64,000 nucleotides of DNA, from contig NW_021835959.1 in assembly GCF_006345805.1 (NCBI RefSeq), positions 112,005 through 176,004 on the forward strand, read 5' to 3'. Position numbers and translations under genes: made by a program. The DNA is from Octopus sinensis (taxonomy: Eukaryota). The notes under the pieces were generated by a model that was given only the letters and a program-made list of their open reading frames with translations, was not told the DNA's origin and searched no databases. Below are positions 1-10,440 of the stretch, one piece after another (positions within the stretch are counted from its first letter, which is position 1; every line of letters starts with the position of its first letter).

Positions 1-1230
1 GTCCGCCATCATATTTGTATACACTGCCATCTGGTTTTATTAAAATAAATTAACTGAATTATCTCCCTTCTATTTAATAGCCGACCGCCTATTCATTATC
101 TCTTTCCCAAATCTTACCATTAGTTTGTCTTCGTCAGGCTCAGTCCGTTTTAAGGATGTGATGGAAATTTCTTCTTTTCCTTTCGTTGTTTTTATTTCCT
201 TACCACGCCCTTATTATGCTGGCACATGGTATACTGTAATTGGGTAAGCCTATTCGAATGTGGCAAGCTTTATTGTAGTGACCACAAATAAAAACCGAGT
301 CGTTTTGCTAGCTTCTACATTTACTGTTTAAATGTCCGATGCTGATTTCGATCGGTCTTTGCTTTTATCTTCACCTTTGCCTTCGTCGCATGCCTCAAGG
401 GTAGATGATTGGACACTATGCTCTTTTGATGATTTTATTTCAATGCATATTGAACAAAAGTTCTTTTGCACACATTCTTATTCTTAGGTATGGACAGTGC
501 GTTGGACGCAATTCGTATTGAAGTTAGTCATATAGATCCTTTAGGAAATGGCCCTCGTCCATTCAACACCTTGACCGACCAAACCTTCGCAGGAAACGGT
601 TCACTGAGTATTACAGATATATTCTTAGATTCTGTTTCGCCTAGGATCTGAGAGTTGGTGACGTTGTCTTCCTATGAGAGAACATTTGAGATTTTGCGAA
701 GACATGTCATGTGAATAAGCATTTCACTTCTTCTCTTGTCTGAGATACGTTGCCTCTGTTTCGGTACGATGTAAGAAAGTGTTGAGGACGCTAGCTTAAT
801 ACATTTTCACTTTGGTGTTCATTGTCAGGTTTTTGTTCTAAATTGTGTTGGTGGGTCTAATCGTCATAATAGCTTCGTTCAGACACGTTCAATGTTTATC
901 ACGTTGAGTGTGGAGCCCTTAATAAAAACTGAAGGATGATACGGTTAAAGAAAACTCTCTGAGTATGTTGGAGTGTAAAACTAACACTTCCTTTTTCCGA
1001 GGTGAGATTTGAAACCGAATCTAAGGATTCTCGCTCGTCTGATGTAACACAGACCAAACAGACGCGATAGAAATTTCTTTGTCCTGTCAAAAGATAATGG
1101 ATGGTTTCCCTTCGACCTCAGTCGTGTCATTTAAGGTTCAAGTGGACAGAAGGCAACTTATATATGTAGGAATTTCTCCTTTGGTATGTCTGTCCTGCTA
1201 CCTGTCACGACCATTATAAATACAGTAATC
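1..1230 (-). pseudogene. Degenerate coding-like relic, possibly LINE ORF1 (gag-like)
   Basis: One minus frame stays protein-like through scattered stops over ~1-540: ...TNCVQRTVHT*E*ECVQKNFCSICIEIKSSKEHSV...; Cys/His spacing recalls paired zinc knuckles or a B-box end. Weak. Confidence 0.25.
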
Positions 1231-1687
1231 CGTCAAAGGACGGCAAAGAGAAATAGCCAGAGGCGAGACGGCCAACAAGTAACTTCGCCAGTTTAGCAGG
1301 CAACACAGATCCGTATATTCGACATGAACGATCTAACAGCCGCAGAACATAAACAGACACCACCGAATGACCAATGCACACACAGACACAAAACATATCC
1401 GGTTCTACCTCATCATACAGACACAATATTTACCCTGTTAATTTCTTCTTGGCCAGATCGAAGTAAAGTTGGTAAGGTCATGTAGTGAGATTTTTGGTGT
1501 ATACAAGTAAATGCTATTGGCGTTTAAATAAATTATTTAAACTACAATCTGATGCTTTCCCATTGTTTTACTTTGAAGTCGTCCACATGCCTATTTTATC
1601 TGCAACCCCAACATATTTTGCTACACCTTTCCAACTACAGGGGAATTGATTTATGATGCTCTGAGGACCGCCATGTGTATAACATAT

Positions 1688-2142
1688 AGGCGTAGGAGTG
1701 GCTGTGTGGTAAGTAGCTTGCTTACCAACCACATGGTTCCAGGTTCAGTCCCACAGCGTGGCACCTTAGGCAAGTGTCTTCTACTATAGCCTCGGGCCGA
1801 CCAAAGCCTTGTGAGTGGATTTGTTAGACGGAAACTGAAAGAAGCCCGTTGTATATATGCATATACATAAGTATGTGCGTGTATATATTTGTGTGTCTGT
1901 GTTTGTCTCCCTAACATCGCTTGACAACCGATGCTGGTGTGTTTATGTCCTCGTAACTTGTCGATTCGGCGAAAGAGACCGATAGAATAAGTACTAGGTT
2001 TACAGTGTGTGAGTTGTAGAGCGCGCGCGCGTGTCTGTGTTTGTCTCCCTAACATCGCTTGACAACCGATGCTGGTGTGTTTATGTCCCCGTAACTTAGC
2101 GGTTCGGCGAAAGAGACCGATAGAATAAGTACTAGGCTTACA
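1688..2142 (+). mobile_element. tRNA-derived SINE family A, 3'-truncated, with internal 138-bp tandem duplication
   Basis: A-box TGGCTGTGTGG and B-box-like GGTTCAGTCCC; matches more than 12 other copies in the window; CTAACATCGC recurs at 1911 and 2049. Confidence 0.9.
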
Positions 2143-3060
2143 GTATGTGAGTTGTAGTGCGCGCATGTCTGTGACGTCTTATAACTGTTTGTCTCTCTAC
2201 TTCCCTAGAGTCTTATCTGTTGCTGTCACATATTGTGAAATTTTAAAACTTGGTATATTGAAATAAGTTTCCACGTTAAACCCGATTTTGTTATTTATTT
2301 GTTCCAGAAAAACTGCAGAAAAATGTTCCAGTGGTTTAAAGTTTAATCAATTCTATCTAATCAGAAATCAGGAATTGGAAGCTAGCATTTTCTACATGAT
2401 AGCTGTCTATCACAGAATGAAAGCAAAATCATTACGAGGAGGAATTTTTATTAAACAAAACGAAAGCAAAGCATTACGACGACCAAAGTTGTAAGAACTT
2501 CTGAAATTTTAATAAGTTTTAATAAATAAAATCACGCAAAACGGTCGAACAGACATGTAAATAATTTAAAAAGGGAAAAATCATCGACGATGTTCTGTGG
2601 CGAAGAATTGCGCAAATCTGTCTTGATCAAGAGGTCTAGCTGTCGGGTAAGGCATTATCTGGCATGGAAAAAACAAAAATTTATGTAAGACATTCTATTT
2701 TAAAAAATTGTCCGACAACAATGGGCTATTCAGTTAAAAACTGTCATGCTGGGGTGGGCTATTTTTGGATAAAATGAGAAGAGTGCAAGGGTGTTAGTGT
2801 GAGAGAAATACGGTGACATAGGGAGAGTGACTGATATCAGGAAAGGTGAGTACAGATTTGTGTAAGCGACAAATATGGAGTGGTACTGGGTTGTTACGTT
2901 AATACAGCTGTCATTCAGGGATACACACACGAGCGCTTTCAATTAGTTTACGAAGTCAAGTCGTAGCAGACATATGACAGCTAATGAAAACAGAGTTTTT
3001 TGTGTGTGTGTGTGTGTGTGTGTGTATGCATGCATACATGTATGTATGTAGGTATGTATG

Positions 3061-3233
3061 TAAAGTTAATCCAAATATGAAAACACAAAGAGAAAACACA
3101 ACAACGCGAGGACGTGGAACAAATATAGTATTATTGGACGCTCAGGAAGGAAGGAAAGAAGGAGGGTTTAACGTTTCGAGCGGAGCTCTTCGTCAGAAAC
3201 ATAGGAAAAGGAAAGATCCAAAGAAGGGAAGAC
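3061..3233 (-). mobile_element. Penelope-like pLTR-type fragment carrying a hammerhead
   Basis: Contains a minimal hammerhead followed by a pyrimidine/AT-rich tail and lies between (TATG)n tracts. PLE link inferred from the hammerhead type. Confidence 0.55.
3166..3200 (-). ncRNA. Minimal type I hammerhead ribozyme motif
   Basis: Minus strand GTTT CTGACGA A GAGC TCC GCTC GAAA CG TT AAAC: stem I GTTT/AAAC, intact core, stem II GAGC/GCTC, palindromic AACGTT stem III. Confidence 0.75.
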
Positions 3234-3419
3234 ATGTATGTATGCATGTATGTATGTATGCATGTCACACGCTGTCATCTTTATGAAAAGGAATGATTTA
3301 GATCAAATGATTACTCCATTAACATGTATACACATACATTTATGGCATTACGCACACGAATGAAAGTAACTTAACCCTACAACAACTATATTTGTGACTA
3401 AACCAAATTCATGCTTTTT

Positions 3420-3426
3420 CTTATCT

Positions 3427-3475
<49 letters not shown>

Positions 3476-3925
3476 TCTCTCTCTACTCTCTCCACACACA
3501 CACACGCACGCACGTCTTTCATATCACGTTCTTTCTCGCTGAGGCCTCTTTGTCTTTCTCTTGCTCGCTCTTTCTCACTCTCTCCTCTCTCTCTCTCTCT
3601 CTCTTTACACACACACACACACGCACACACGTCTTTCATAGCATACTCTTTCTTGCTCCTCTCTTTTTGTCTCTTCCCCCTCTCTCTCTCTCTCTCTCTC
3701 TCTCCACACACGTCTTTCATATCACTTTCTTTCTCGCTGAGGCCTCTTTGTCTTTCTCTTGCTCGCTCTTTCTCACTCTCTTCCTATCTCTCTCTCTTTA
3801 CACACACACACGCACACACGTCTTTCATAGCATACTCTTTCTTGCTCCTCTCTCTTTGTCTCTCTCCCCCCTCTCTTTCTCTTTCTCTCCACACACGTCT
3901 TTCATATTACGCTCTTTCTCGCTCC
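3420..3925. repeat. CT/CA-rich compound tandem repeat (~190-bp unit, ~2.5 copies)
   Basis: TTCTTTCTCGCTGAGGCCTCTTTGTCTTTCTCTTGCTCGCTC and CACACGTCTTTCATAGCATACTC each occur twice. Confidence 0.85.
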
Positions 3926-4183
3926 GCCTTTTACGTTAGGGTTTCATGTTTGCGCTTTTGAGTTAGGATAAAGATTACGTTTAAACAGAAACTGAGGAGG
4001 GATTTTAAATATTTGAATTTGTGTGCAATTTGCTACAGAATTGAACTTGCATATGTTTGAAATTTGGATATCAAAAAAAAATATATTCTTAAAAGATGAA
4101 AAATAAAAAGATCAACAAAGTGTTCTTAGTCCGAAGTGTCGCTGAGTGCTTTTTTTTTTTCTAAGCGATTTACAATAAGTTAG

Positions 4184-4571
4184 TGGAAGCGTAATGGCCC
4201 AGTGGTTAGGGCAGCGGACTCGCGGTCATAGGATCGCGGTTTCGATTCCCAGACCGGGCGTTGTGAGTGTTTATTGAGCGAAAAACACCTAAGAGCTCCA
4301 CGAGGCTCCGGCAGGGGATGGTGGTGATCCCTGCTGTACTCTTTCACCACAACTTTCTCTCACTCTTACTTCCTGTTTCTGTTGTACCTGTATTTCAAAG
4401 GGCCGGCCTTGTCACTCTCTGTGTCACGCAGAATATCCCCGAGAACTACGTTAAGGGTACACGTGTCTGTGGAGTGCTCAGCCACTTACACGTTAATTTC
4501 ACGAGCAGGCTGTTCCGTTGATTTGGATCAACCGGAACCCGCATCGTCGTAACCGACGGAGTGCTTCCACT
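4184..4571 (+). mobile_element. tRNA-derived SINE family C, full length
   Basis: A-box TGGCCCAGTGG, B-box GGTTTCGATTCC; TSD ATAAGTTAG at 4175-4183 and 4572-4580; near-identical copy at 39857. Confidence 0.9.
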
Positions 4572-4689
4572 ATAAGTTAGATAAAGAGCTTTGCGATGTT
4601 ACTGTTAATTCTCTGAGTCATTAACTCGGACAACGCCGGGTATTTCAGCTAGTTATAGGATATACTTTTTACTTACAGGGACGAGAGGA

Positions 4690-5745
4690 TGGGGTAGTTC
4701 CCATGGCTTTCACACGTCCTCCTCAGTCATGTCATTAATATTCCCCTTGAACCATTATAAGCCAACGCCTACCAGAAAGACATGAACCGGGAGAAAAATT
4801 TTAGAGGCTTGATGTTCTGGGTAGAAAGGACTACGTATAGTGGCTAGACTCAAGGGTTCTGAGAAGAGGGGAAACGAGCGGGTGAGGAGTACTTGAGTGG
4901 TGGTGGTGGTGGTATAAACCGAGTTAGCTCCGTTAAGCAGAAGCCATTATACTAACGGTGGAAAGGTTAAGAGTGGAAACAACGACCCTGTGAGCCAGAG
5001 ACTAGAGCATGTTTGTGAGTGACTTGATGCTAATCAGCCAGGTTGCTATTTGGGGGGGGGGGGGGCGGACATCCGTGTGTGCAGTAGCAGCAGAACTGTT
5101 CCATATATGAGATTTATATTCATTTGTAGACTATCAATGATTGTTGGGGACCAAAATACCTGCTGGTCCTGAAGAGAAGTCAGTCGTTAGAATGTGGTCT
5201 AGCTACGTTAATTGAAGTCTCTAGGTAGAGGAGGCACAAGGCCAGTCAACTCCGAAAAATCGAGGCCATTGTAGCAGCAATAGAAAAAATAAAAAGAGGA
5301 TACAGTACAACCCTGAGTCAAGAACTGGAGTGTGTTTGTGAGTGGGCTTATGGCAGTCAACTGACCAGTCTTTCCAGGAGCGGACCGAATGTATTAAGAG
5401 CCCTCGGGCATAACTTTTCACCGGGCCCCTTCGCATTGGTATCAAAGAGAGTTAACATGTAGAGTGCGGGCCCCTCAGAGCTCCGGGCTCTTGGGCAGTG
5501 CCCGATTGACCGACGGCTGAGTCCGCCCCTAAGTCTTTCTATGGATGTGGTACGGAATGTTAATGTGTGTAGCAATAACACCGTCCCAAATGTGGTTGTA
5601 ATACTCCATCGTGGGTCTCATTTAAGCTTTGTAATGTAAGTAGTTGTTGAGAGTTGTTAATAATCTGGCCTTGAAGAGAAGAGCTAAGCTTTTGTGATGT
5701 GATCCCAGCGATAAACAAATATATCCATGTTGACAACTTCAATTT
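4690..5745 (-). mobile_element. Two decayed CR1-group LINE ORF2 C-terminal fragments
   Basis: Minus frames read LHYKA*MRPTMEYYNHIWDG, YCCYNGLDFSELTGLVPP, L*SLAHRVVVSTL and SFLPRTSSL*NFLP, typical of the post-RT region of CR1/Jockey-group ORF2. Confidence 0.7.
5375..5531. mobile_element. hAT-type MITE inserted in the CR1 fragment
   Basis: Ends CAGGAGCGGACC...AGTCCGCCCCTA (imperfect TIR); 8-bp TSD AGTCTTTC at 5367-5374 and 5532-5539. Confidence 0.8.
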
Positions 5746-6400
5746 GAAATATGATTAAGACATTAAAATTATCTAAACCAGATTTTAAAAAAAACAAAAT
5801 TGCTGTTCAAGGGAGATAACCTTTACTCTTCCCCATGTTACAATGAATATTTAACACTTAAAGAGAGCGGTAAAAAATAGGTGGATTTATCCCTTACCCT
5901 TTCTACTATTCTTTTTTCTTTCCTCTTGCTTTGTACGAGTTTTCTTTTTATGAGGATAGGGAAGAAGTATTTGCAGCATCAGTCTTGAACGCATGCAGAT
6001 TCTCCTGACCATGAATTAGTTAGCAGAGTTATTTCCCTTGTTCACTGACACACCACAACATTGTAAGCCTCAGAGATTTCATCGTATGTCTATGAGGTCA
6101 GCATGCCGATGCCTTGACTGCACCGCAATTATACGAATAAATAAATGTTTACCCATTAGAATTTATAAATGTTATTATTAATAGACGTAGTGAATACAAA
6201 AGAACTAGCCTTCAGGATGCAGCAGCGTAATTAACAATGATCCCTTCCAACTAAACCCAAGGCCAATTTACTCTATTTTAACTCTAGGACGCATAATGGA
6301 AAAATAAATCGCATCTAGTAGTTGATACGTGTGTTGTTTTATCGACCTTAGAAAGAGGAAAAGCAAATTTGACTTTGAATTTGATATTAATATATCATTA

Positions 6401-6630
6401 AATACCTATTTCTTTATTACCCACAAGGGGCTAAACACAGAGGGGACAAACAAGGACAGACATAGGTATTAAGTCGATTACATCGACCCCAGTGCCTAAC
6501 TGGTACTTAATTTATCGACCCCGAAAGGATGAAAGGCAAAGTCGACATCGGCGGAATTTGAACTCACAACGTAACGCAGACGAAATACCGCTAAGCATTT
6601 CGCCCGGCGTGCTAACGTGTCTGCCAGCTC
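6401..6630 (-). mobile_element. tRNA-derived SINE family B (monomer)
   Basis: Reverse complement of GAGCTGGCAGA...GAGTTCAAATTCCGCCGA(G/T)GTCGACTTTGCCTTTCATCCTTTCGGGGTCGATAAATTAAGTACC; many copies in the window. Confidence 0.9.
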
Positions 6631-6795
6631 AAATACCGCAGGCATGTTGGCCGAAGCTCTAGCAATTCGCTCAGCCCACTTAAGAATTTAAAAATTCATT
6701 TGAAGATACAGTAACCTATCGCCATATCGCGGTTTATTATTTAAGCTTGCGTCGATTCCTCCGTGATGTTGTTTTGTCTTTATAATAAAATAGAT

Positions 6796-7222
6796 GGATC
6801 TTTTCGGTTTGAACGGCAGTTTTTAACATAACTTCTGGGTAACTAAAAAATTTTAAACTTCGTATACTGGTAGAATGTGTTTTAAAACATCTTTTTCTCT
6901 TGACTTTATTGAGAAAATTCTATAGTTTGTAAGATATTTGGGTTTTTTTTTTTTTTCAATTTCTGCAATTTCAACCAATCAAATACGTCTATTGAGGTAA
7001 AAAAAACAAACATTCTGTGCCGTATGAATATGTCCCTCGTTTAAGAAACAGATTGGGTTTATTTACATTTGTGAAGAAGAAAAACAGATACCCTTCCTCC
7101 CACCCCTAACCCTAACCCTAAAACAGATTGAAATGCAATAGATCGATACTAGGGTCATAATTATGGGTGACAATTTCATATGACATCGCTAGAAAAAACT
7201 GCCGTTCAAACCGAAAAGATCC
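6796..7222. mobile_element. Merlin-like MITE (GGATC TIR, 8-bp TSD)
   Basis: TIR GGATCTTTTCGGTTTGAACGGCAGTTTTT at both ends; TSD AAATAGAT at 6788-6795 and 7223-7230; internal CCTAACCCTAACCCTAA; second copy at 49057. Confidence 0.85.
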
Positions 7223-7535
7223 AAATAGATATATACAAATTATAAAAATGATTTTAAAAAATACGAAATGCAATAGATCGATACTAGGGTCATAATTATG
7301 GGTGACAATTTCATATGACATCGCTAGAAAAAACTGCCGTTCAAACCGAAAAGATCCAAATAGATATATACAAATTATAAAAATGATTTTTAAAAATACG
7401 AAATGCAATAGATCGATACTAGGGTCATAATTATGGGTGACAATTTCATATGACATCGCTAGAAAAAACTGCCATTCAAACCGAAAAGATCCAAATAGAT
7501 ATATACAAATTATAAAAATGATTTTAAAAAATACG
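7131..7535. repeat. Tandem triplication, 135-bp unit spanning the MITE right TIR, TSD and flank
   Basis: Units start at 7131, 7266 and 7401 and are nearly identical. Confidence 0.95.
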
Positions 7536-7545
7536 GTACAGTACT

Positions 7546-7931
7546 GGAGTGGCTGTGTGGTAAGTAGCTTGCTAACCATCCACCTGGTTCCGGGTTCAGT
7601 CCCACTGCGTGACATCTTGGGCAAGTGTCTTCTGATATAGCCCCGGGCCGACCAATGCCTTGTGAGTGGATTTGGTAGACGGAAACTGAAAGAAGCCTGT
7701 CGTATATATATATGTATATATATATGCGTGTGTGTGTTTGTTCCCCTAGCATTGCTTGACAACCGATGCTGGTGTGTTTACGTCCCCGTCACTTAGCGGT
7801 TCGGCAAAAGAGACCGATAGAATAAGTACTGGGCTTACAAAGAATAAGTCCCGGGGTCGATATGCTCGACTAAAGGCGGTGCTCCAGCATGGCCGCAGTC
7901 AAATGACTGAAACAAGTAAAAGAGTAAAAGA
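7546..7931 (+). mobile_element. SINE family A, full length
   Basis: Complete head, (TA/TG)n middle and GTAAAAGA-type tail. Confidence 0.9.
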
Positions 7932-8739
7932 GAGAGAATACTGTTTCTACTTCGCAGATTTCACCCGCGATAGTCGGGGGATTACTGTATACATTTTTAA
8001 AGCCATAGAATTTGTAAATATTGGTTTCAAATTTTGACACAAGGTCAACAATTTCGGGGGAGAGGCTAAGTCGATTACATCGAACTTCACGGATCAAATT
8101 TTCATTCTTTCGAGATCGATAAAATATTTAAAACTCGGCGAAGGTAAAGAATACACAGACCCAGTGTTTAGAGTTAGGGTTGAGGGTTAGTTTTAGGGTT
8201 AGGTTAGGATTTTTGTTACGCTGAAATCAGGTAATTCTCGCTATTTCCGAAAATCTTTTTCATTTCAAAATCCGATATAATCAGAATTTACTCCACCTGA
8301 AAGGAATTTGTAGAAAAATATTTTGCGTTTTAAATTTATTTTATTCTGAAAGTTATGAGAAAACAATGTAGGTGGAGGCATTGCACTCGTGTAAGTATGC
8401 ACTTTTTAAGACAAAGGTTGTGATTTGAGGGGGATTTGACTACTATCTATAAAAGATGGAACAACATAAAGGCTTTTTCGTTGGCCCTTTGTTAAATCAG
8501 ATGTTGATACATTCGTTTCAGCATGATTTTTTAACCCTGCGTTTAACACTTTTTTTATTTTGCTTGTTTTTATTTTTATTTTTCTGAAGTAGCTTTTTAT
8601 AATAACGGGAATTCTAGATCGTGCCATGGGGGAGTGCGAAGTGTTTTAATTAATTATTATTATTATTTTTTATTTTTATTTTAACGAAACACTAATTAGA
8701 ATGAGGGGATTTACAAGTGCAGTATACACACATACCCCT

Positions 8740-8785
<46 letters not shown>

Positions 8786-8787
<2 letters not shown>

Positions 8788-9232
8788 TTGTTTGGCGAAC
8801 CGCTAAGTCATTTTATCGATCGAGTTTGCCGAACCGCTATATCATTTTATCGATCCCGTTCGGCGGACCGCTAAGTCGATCGCGTTTCTAGAAACGCTAA
8901 GTCATTTTATCGATCATGTTTGGCGAACTGCTAAGTCATTTTATCGATCTCGTTTGTCGAACCCCTAAATCATTTTCTCGATCTCGTTTGGCGAACCGCT
9001 AGATCATTTTATCGATTATTTTTGGCGAACCGCTAGAACATTTTATCGTTTTTGTTTAGCGAAATGCTAAGTCATTTTATCGATCGTGTTTGGCGAAACG
9101 CTAAGTGATTTTATCGATCATGATTGGCGAAACGCTAAGTAATTTTATGGATCATTTTTGGCGAACCGCTAACTCATTTTATCGATCTTGTTTAGCGAAA
9201 CGCTAACTCATTTTATCAATCTCGTTTGGCGA
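8786..9232. repeat. 34-bp minisatellite, ~13 diverged units
   Basis: Consensus CATTTTATCGATCTCGTTTGGCGAACCGCTAAGT repeated head to tail with no unique spacers. Confidence 0.9.
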
Positions 9233-9406
9233 AAAAAATTTTTTTTTTTCTTACACACACGGCTTCGTTTTTTTACTATTGCTTATATTCCACAAATTTC
9301 TATCATCGTAATCTATACCGTTTGAAAGGCCATGGAGAGTTTTACTTGACATCTATCATTCGTTTCATTTTCAATATCGTCACCTTTTGAAAACTAGTGT
9401 TCGAGA

Positions 9407-9785
9407 ATGGAGAATTTCAATATTCGTGAAAATTGAAATTTTGATTATTATGAATGCATCAACACTTCCCATTGTAACAATCAAAAGTCAGTTGAGTTTC
9501 TTCGTTCACACGGAGTATTACTAAACGTAGTGATATGCCCACATTGAAACAACGATGGAAAAATGCCTCACTTCAATAATTTTGAAGATAGCACGCATAG
9601 AAATATATACACATAGAAACATTGAAAGACTTTGGAGAGACATAAAAGAATCAATCCAAAAGCCAGGAATTTAATCAAAATATCTGCAACAATATCTTGC
9701 AAGATATTGATTTATAACTTCTCAACATGAAGGAAGTCTGTTGCACAAGTTCTTCATGGAGGCAACCAAGTTATACCTTCCTCTC
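9407..9785 (+). pseudogene. Merlin/IS1595(ISXO2)-like DDE transposase relic with large internal deletion
   Basis: N-terminal VEFLRSHGVLLNVVICPH* (zinc-ribbon start) lies ~75 bp from NIERLWRDIKESIQKPGI*SKYLQQYLARY*F, matching the HTxxIExxW..K....G......YL.EF C-terminal motif. Confidence 0.75.
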
Positions 9786-9839
9786 TCGAATCGTTGCCGT
9801 CAAATAATTACAAACCAAGACGAAGGTATGTATCTGTAT

Positions 9840-10440
9840 GTTTGCGCAAATTTTTGTTTTCATATTCATTCGTTTTCCACACATTTTTTTTTACACATAT
9901 TAGACCTTTTTTTTCTTCTTTTTTTGCTTGTTTTGACGACTGGGTGCTAAACTAGATCCTGAAAATTATGAAGGAAAAAAACGGATCATGTGAATTTTTC
10001 AACAGTCTTCTCCCCACAAATTTCTTTATAATCGTAATTTATGTTGTTTGAAAGGTGTTTCTGTAAAATTTCATTAAAAGTTGTCCATTTTCCTGAAAGT
10101 TATGTGGGAAAAAAATCGGATCGTGTGAATTTTCCGACAGTCCTCTCCCCACCCTTTCAGTAAACATTTTCCCCACAAATTTCTTTATAATCGTAATCTA
10201 TGTCATTTGAGCGGTATTTCTATACAATTTCACTAATACATATCCATTTTCCTGAAAGTTATGAGGGAAAAATTGGATCTTGTGAATTTTCCGAAAGTCC
10301 TCTCCCCACCTCACCCCCGTTCGTTTGCGATAATTTTTGTTTTCATATTCGCTTTCTACACATTTTTTTACACCTATTAGACTTGGGGGGTTTTTTGTTA
10401 TTTTTTTTTTTTGCTTTTGTGACCGGGAGTTAAACTATAT
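9840..10440. repeat. Diverged internal tandem and direct repeats downstream of the Merlin ORF
   Basis: CCTGAAA(G/A)TTATG...GGATC..GTGAATTTT units start at 9958, 10092 and 10251; 9841-9950 resembles 10323-10435. Confidence 0.75.

Noticed and set aside
100-145. CTGACGA core on the minus strand (also 22300, 28273, 42370, 47884)
   Set aside because: No compatible stem II/GAAA/stem I arrangement; expected by chance.
1651-2166. Recurring peptides such as [12 protein letters not shown] and [20 protein letters not shown] in many ORFs
   Set aside because: Antisense translations of SINE-A, not a gene family.
4184-4260. tRNA genes suggested by A/B boxes (also 24930-24999, 37704-37777, 39857, 58466)
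   Set aside because: No closed cloverleaf with a local acceptor stem; each continues into a SINE body.
5560-5742. Signal-peptide-like ORF MKLSTWIYLFIAG...
   Set aside because: Starts at TTG and overlaps a CR1 ORF2 relic in another frame.
7118-7762. 214-aa minus ORF with three hydrophobic repeats
   Set aside because: Produced by the 135-bp (45-codon) triplication plus SINE sequence.
8165-8210. Telomere or chromosome-fusion scar (TTAGGG-like; also 7104-7120 and 49160-49170)
   Set aside because: Short, degenerate and located inside or beside transposon sequence.
8786-9232. CRISPR-like array of ~34-bp repeats
   Set aside because: Units are contiguous with no unique spacers, there are no cas genes, and the context is eukaryotic.
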